NCBI GenBank assembly: GCA_964526655.1
Contig: CAZGIZ010000003.1
Coordinates: forward strand, 851-64,850
Length of the DNA: 64,000 bases
Direction: 5' to 3'
Origin: an uncultured Desulfobacteraceae bacterium
GTDB taxonomy: Bacteria > Desulfobacterota > DSM-4660 > Desulfatiglandales > HGW-15
In this document: positions 63,037 to 64,000 of the stretch, piece after piece
Layout of the letters: each line of letters opens with the position of its first letter
Position numbering within the stretch: the first letter of the stretch is position 1
Notes under the pieces: generated by a model
What the model saw: the letters and a program-made list of their open reading frames with translations, nothing else
What the model was told of the DNA's origin: nothing
Database searches by the model: none
Position numbers and translations under genes: made by a program

Positions 63037-64000
63037 ATGAAAAGATTAATGAAAACTATTCTATTCTGTATCTTAATTCTTACCATAGTAGGAGTCGGGT
63101 TAGTCAGCACAGGGCATGCCAAACCGAAGTACGGCGGAAATTTTACAAATATCTTCAACAACATGCCCCGTCAGTTCGGGTATACTCCTACCTTTGCAGC
63201 CGCTGAGGTGGCACCTGCGTACCCGTGCGTCGAACCCCTAATCAAGTCAGACAGAAAGGGTGCACCCACACCTCATCTGGCTACGGACTGGCAAATAGCC
63301 CCTGACGGGAGCTCCATTACGTTTCACCTGAGGAAGGGCGTCAAGTTTCAGGACGGCACGGACTTCAATGCCGAGGCTGTCAAATACAATCTTGACCTGG
63401 TAATGAAGGAGCGTCCAGGGGAGTTGATTGGGGTAAAGTCTGTAGAGGTCGTTGACGAACATACCGTACGGTTGAACCTTGACTTCTTCGCCAATAATAT
63501 CTGGAGCAGGCTGGGTTCGAGAATTTTAATTTCTTCGCCCACACATCTTGCCAAGGGCGAAGATGCTGTCAAATTCCATCCGCTGGGCACAGGGCCCTTC
63601 GTCTTTAAGGATTTTGAGCGTGATGTATTCGTATCCTATACCCGGAACGATAATTACTGGCAAAAGGGTAAACCATATCTTGATACCATGAAATTTGTAT
63701 GGATCGCAGACCCGATGACGGCTGCCGCCTCCTTTCGGGCAGGAGAAGGAGACGCCTTCCGCGTTGGAAGGGAGTTTAAAGAGGCCCATGATCTGGAAAG
63801 TGAAGGATTTATCGCCAATGCTATTCCAAGTTTGCTCATGGGGTTGGCGCCCGATACCAAGAATCCTAATTCGGTTTACAAGGATATCAGGGTACGCGAA
63901 GCTATCGAGTATGCTATTGACCGGAACGCCCTGACGAAAGCCTTCGGATACGGATTTCTTAAGCCCCGTCCCCTGTTTAGTCCGCCCGGATCTCCAGGCT
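63037..64000 (+). CDS. ABC transporter substrate-binding protein, family 5 (DppA/OppA/NikA type); its 3' end lies beyond the window
   Basis: Not in the ORF track because no stop is reached. ATG 63037 follows TAGGAGG. It has a signal peptide (MKRLMKTILFCILILTIVGVGLVSTGHA) and then typical SBP_bac_5 motifs (LATDWQIAPDGSSITFHLRKGVKFQDGTDFNAEAVKYN, GTGPFVFKDFERD). Confidence 0.8.
   Translation, partial: MKRLMKTILFCILILTIVGVGLVSTGHAKPKYGGNFTNIFNNMPRQFGYTPTFAAAEVAPAYPCVEPLIKSDRKGAPTPHLATDWQIAPDGSSITFHLRKGVKFQDGTDFNAEAVKYNLDLVMKERPGELIGVKSVEVVDEHTVRLNLDFFANNIWSRLGSRILISSPTHLAKGEDAVKFHPLGTGPFVFKDFERDVFVSYTRNDNYWQKGKPYLDTMKFVWIADPMTAAASFRAGEGDAFRVGREFKEAHDLESEGFIANAIPSLLMGLAPDTKNPNSVYKDIRVREAIEYAIDRNALTKAFGYGFLKPRPLFSPPGSPG

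Overview
The window reads as an accessory/catabolic region of an obligately anaerobic aromatic-compound degrader, probably Desulfobacterota or Geobacter/Syntrophus-like (inference from gene content only).

**Left third, minus strand.** There are two sets of class II, tungsten-dependent, ATP-independent benzoyl-CoA reductase genes.
- Set 1 is a canonical bamB-bamC pair followed directly by a selenocysteine-containing HdrA-like gene that runs off the window start.
- Set 2 is a complete bamB-C-D-E-F-G-H-I array built around a clearly diverged BamB paralogue.
- The ORF track breaks at two in-frame TGA codons that I read as selenocysteine: 1077-1079 in the HdrA-like gene and 9977-9979 in the MvhD/BamF-like gene.
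- Nearby genes are an IclR regulator, an orphan fdhD, a benzoate-CoA-ligase-type gene and a URO-D-like gene.

**Middle, plus strand.** Two modules follow.
- An aldehyde:ferredoxin oxidoreductase (AOR) gene heads a Liv-type ABC importer.
- A 16-kb GntR-headed cluster contains PrpD x2, a PrpF-like isomerase, an ICL/PEP-mutase-family lyase, an SDR, two enoate-reductase-type flavo-FeS proteins, an MBL lactonase, a LeuCD-like hydro-lyase and a second AOR. I cannot assign it to a known pathway, and it is my best candidate for an undescribed system.

**46.9-53.6 kb.** A decayed mobile/prophage patch: an endolysin plus holin-like pair, ParB-, MFS-, transposase-, amidohydrolase- and aminotransferase-like fragments, one intact AAA ATPase and MITE-like elements.

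**Right end.** A third AOR heads an operon of Dpp-type permeases, an amidohydrolase-like protein, a LarA-like racemase, two tandem FAD oxidoreductases that share a 284-nt identical tract, and a family-5 binding protein cut by the window end.

**Other.** Intergenic gaps carry several families of hairpin-forming repeats. I found no rRNA, tRNA or CRISPR array. All calls rest on reading motifs in the translations and on hand-checked coordinates; no database search was possible.
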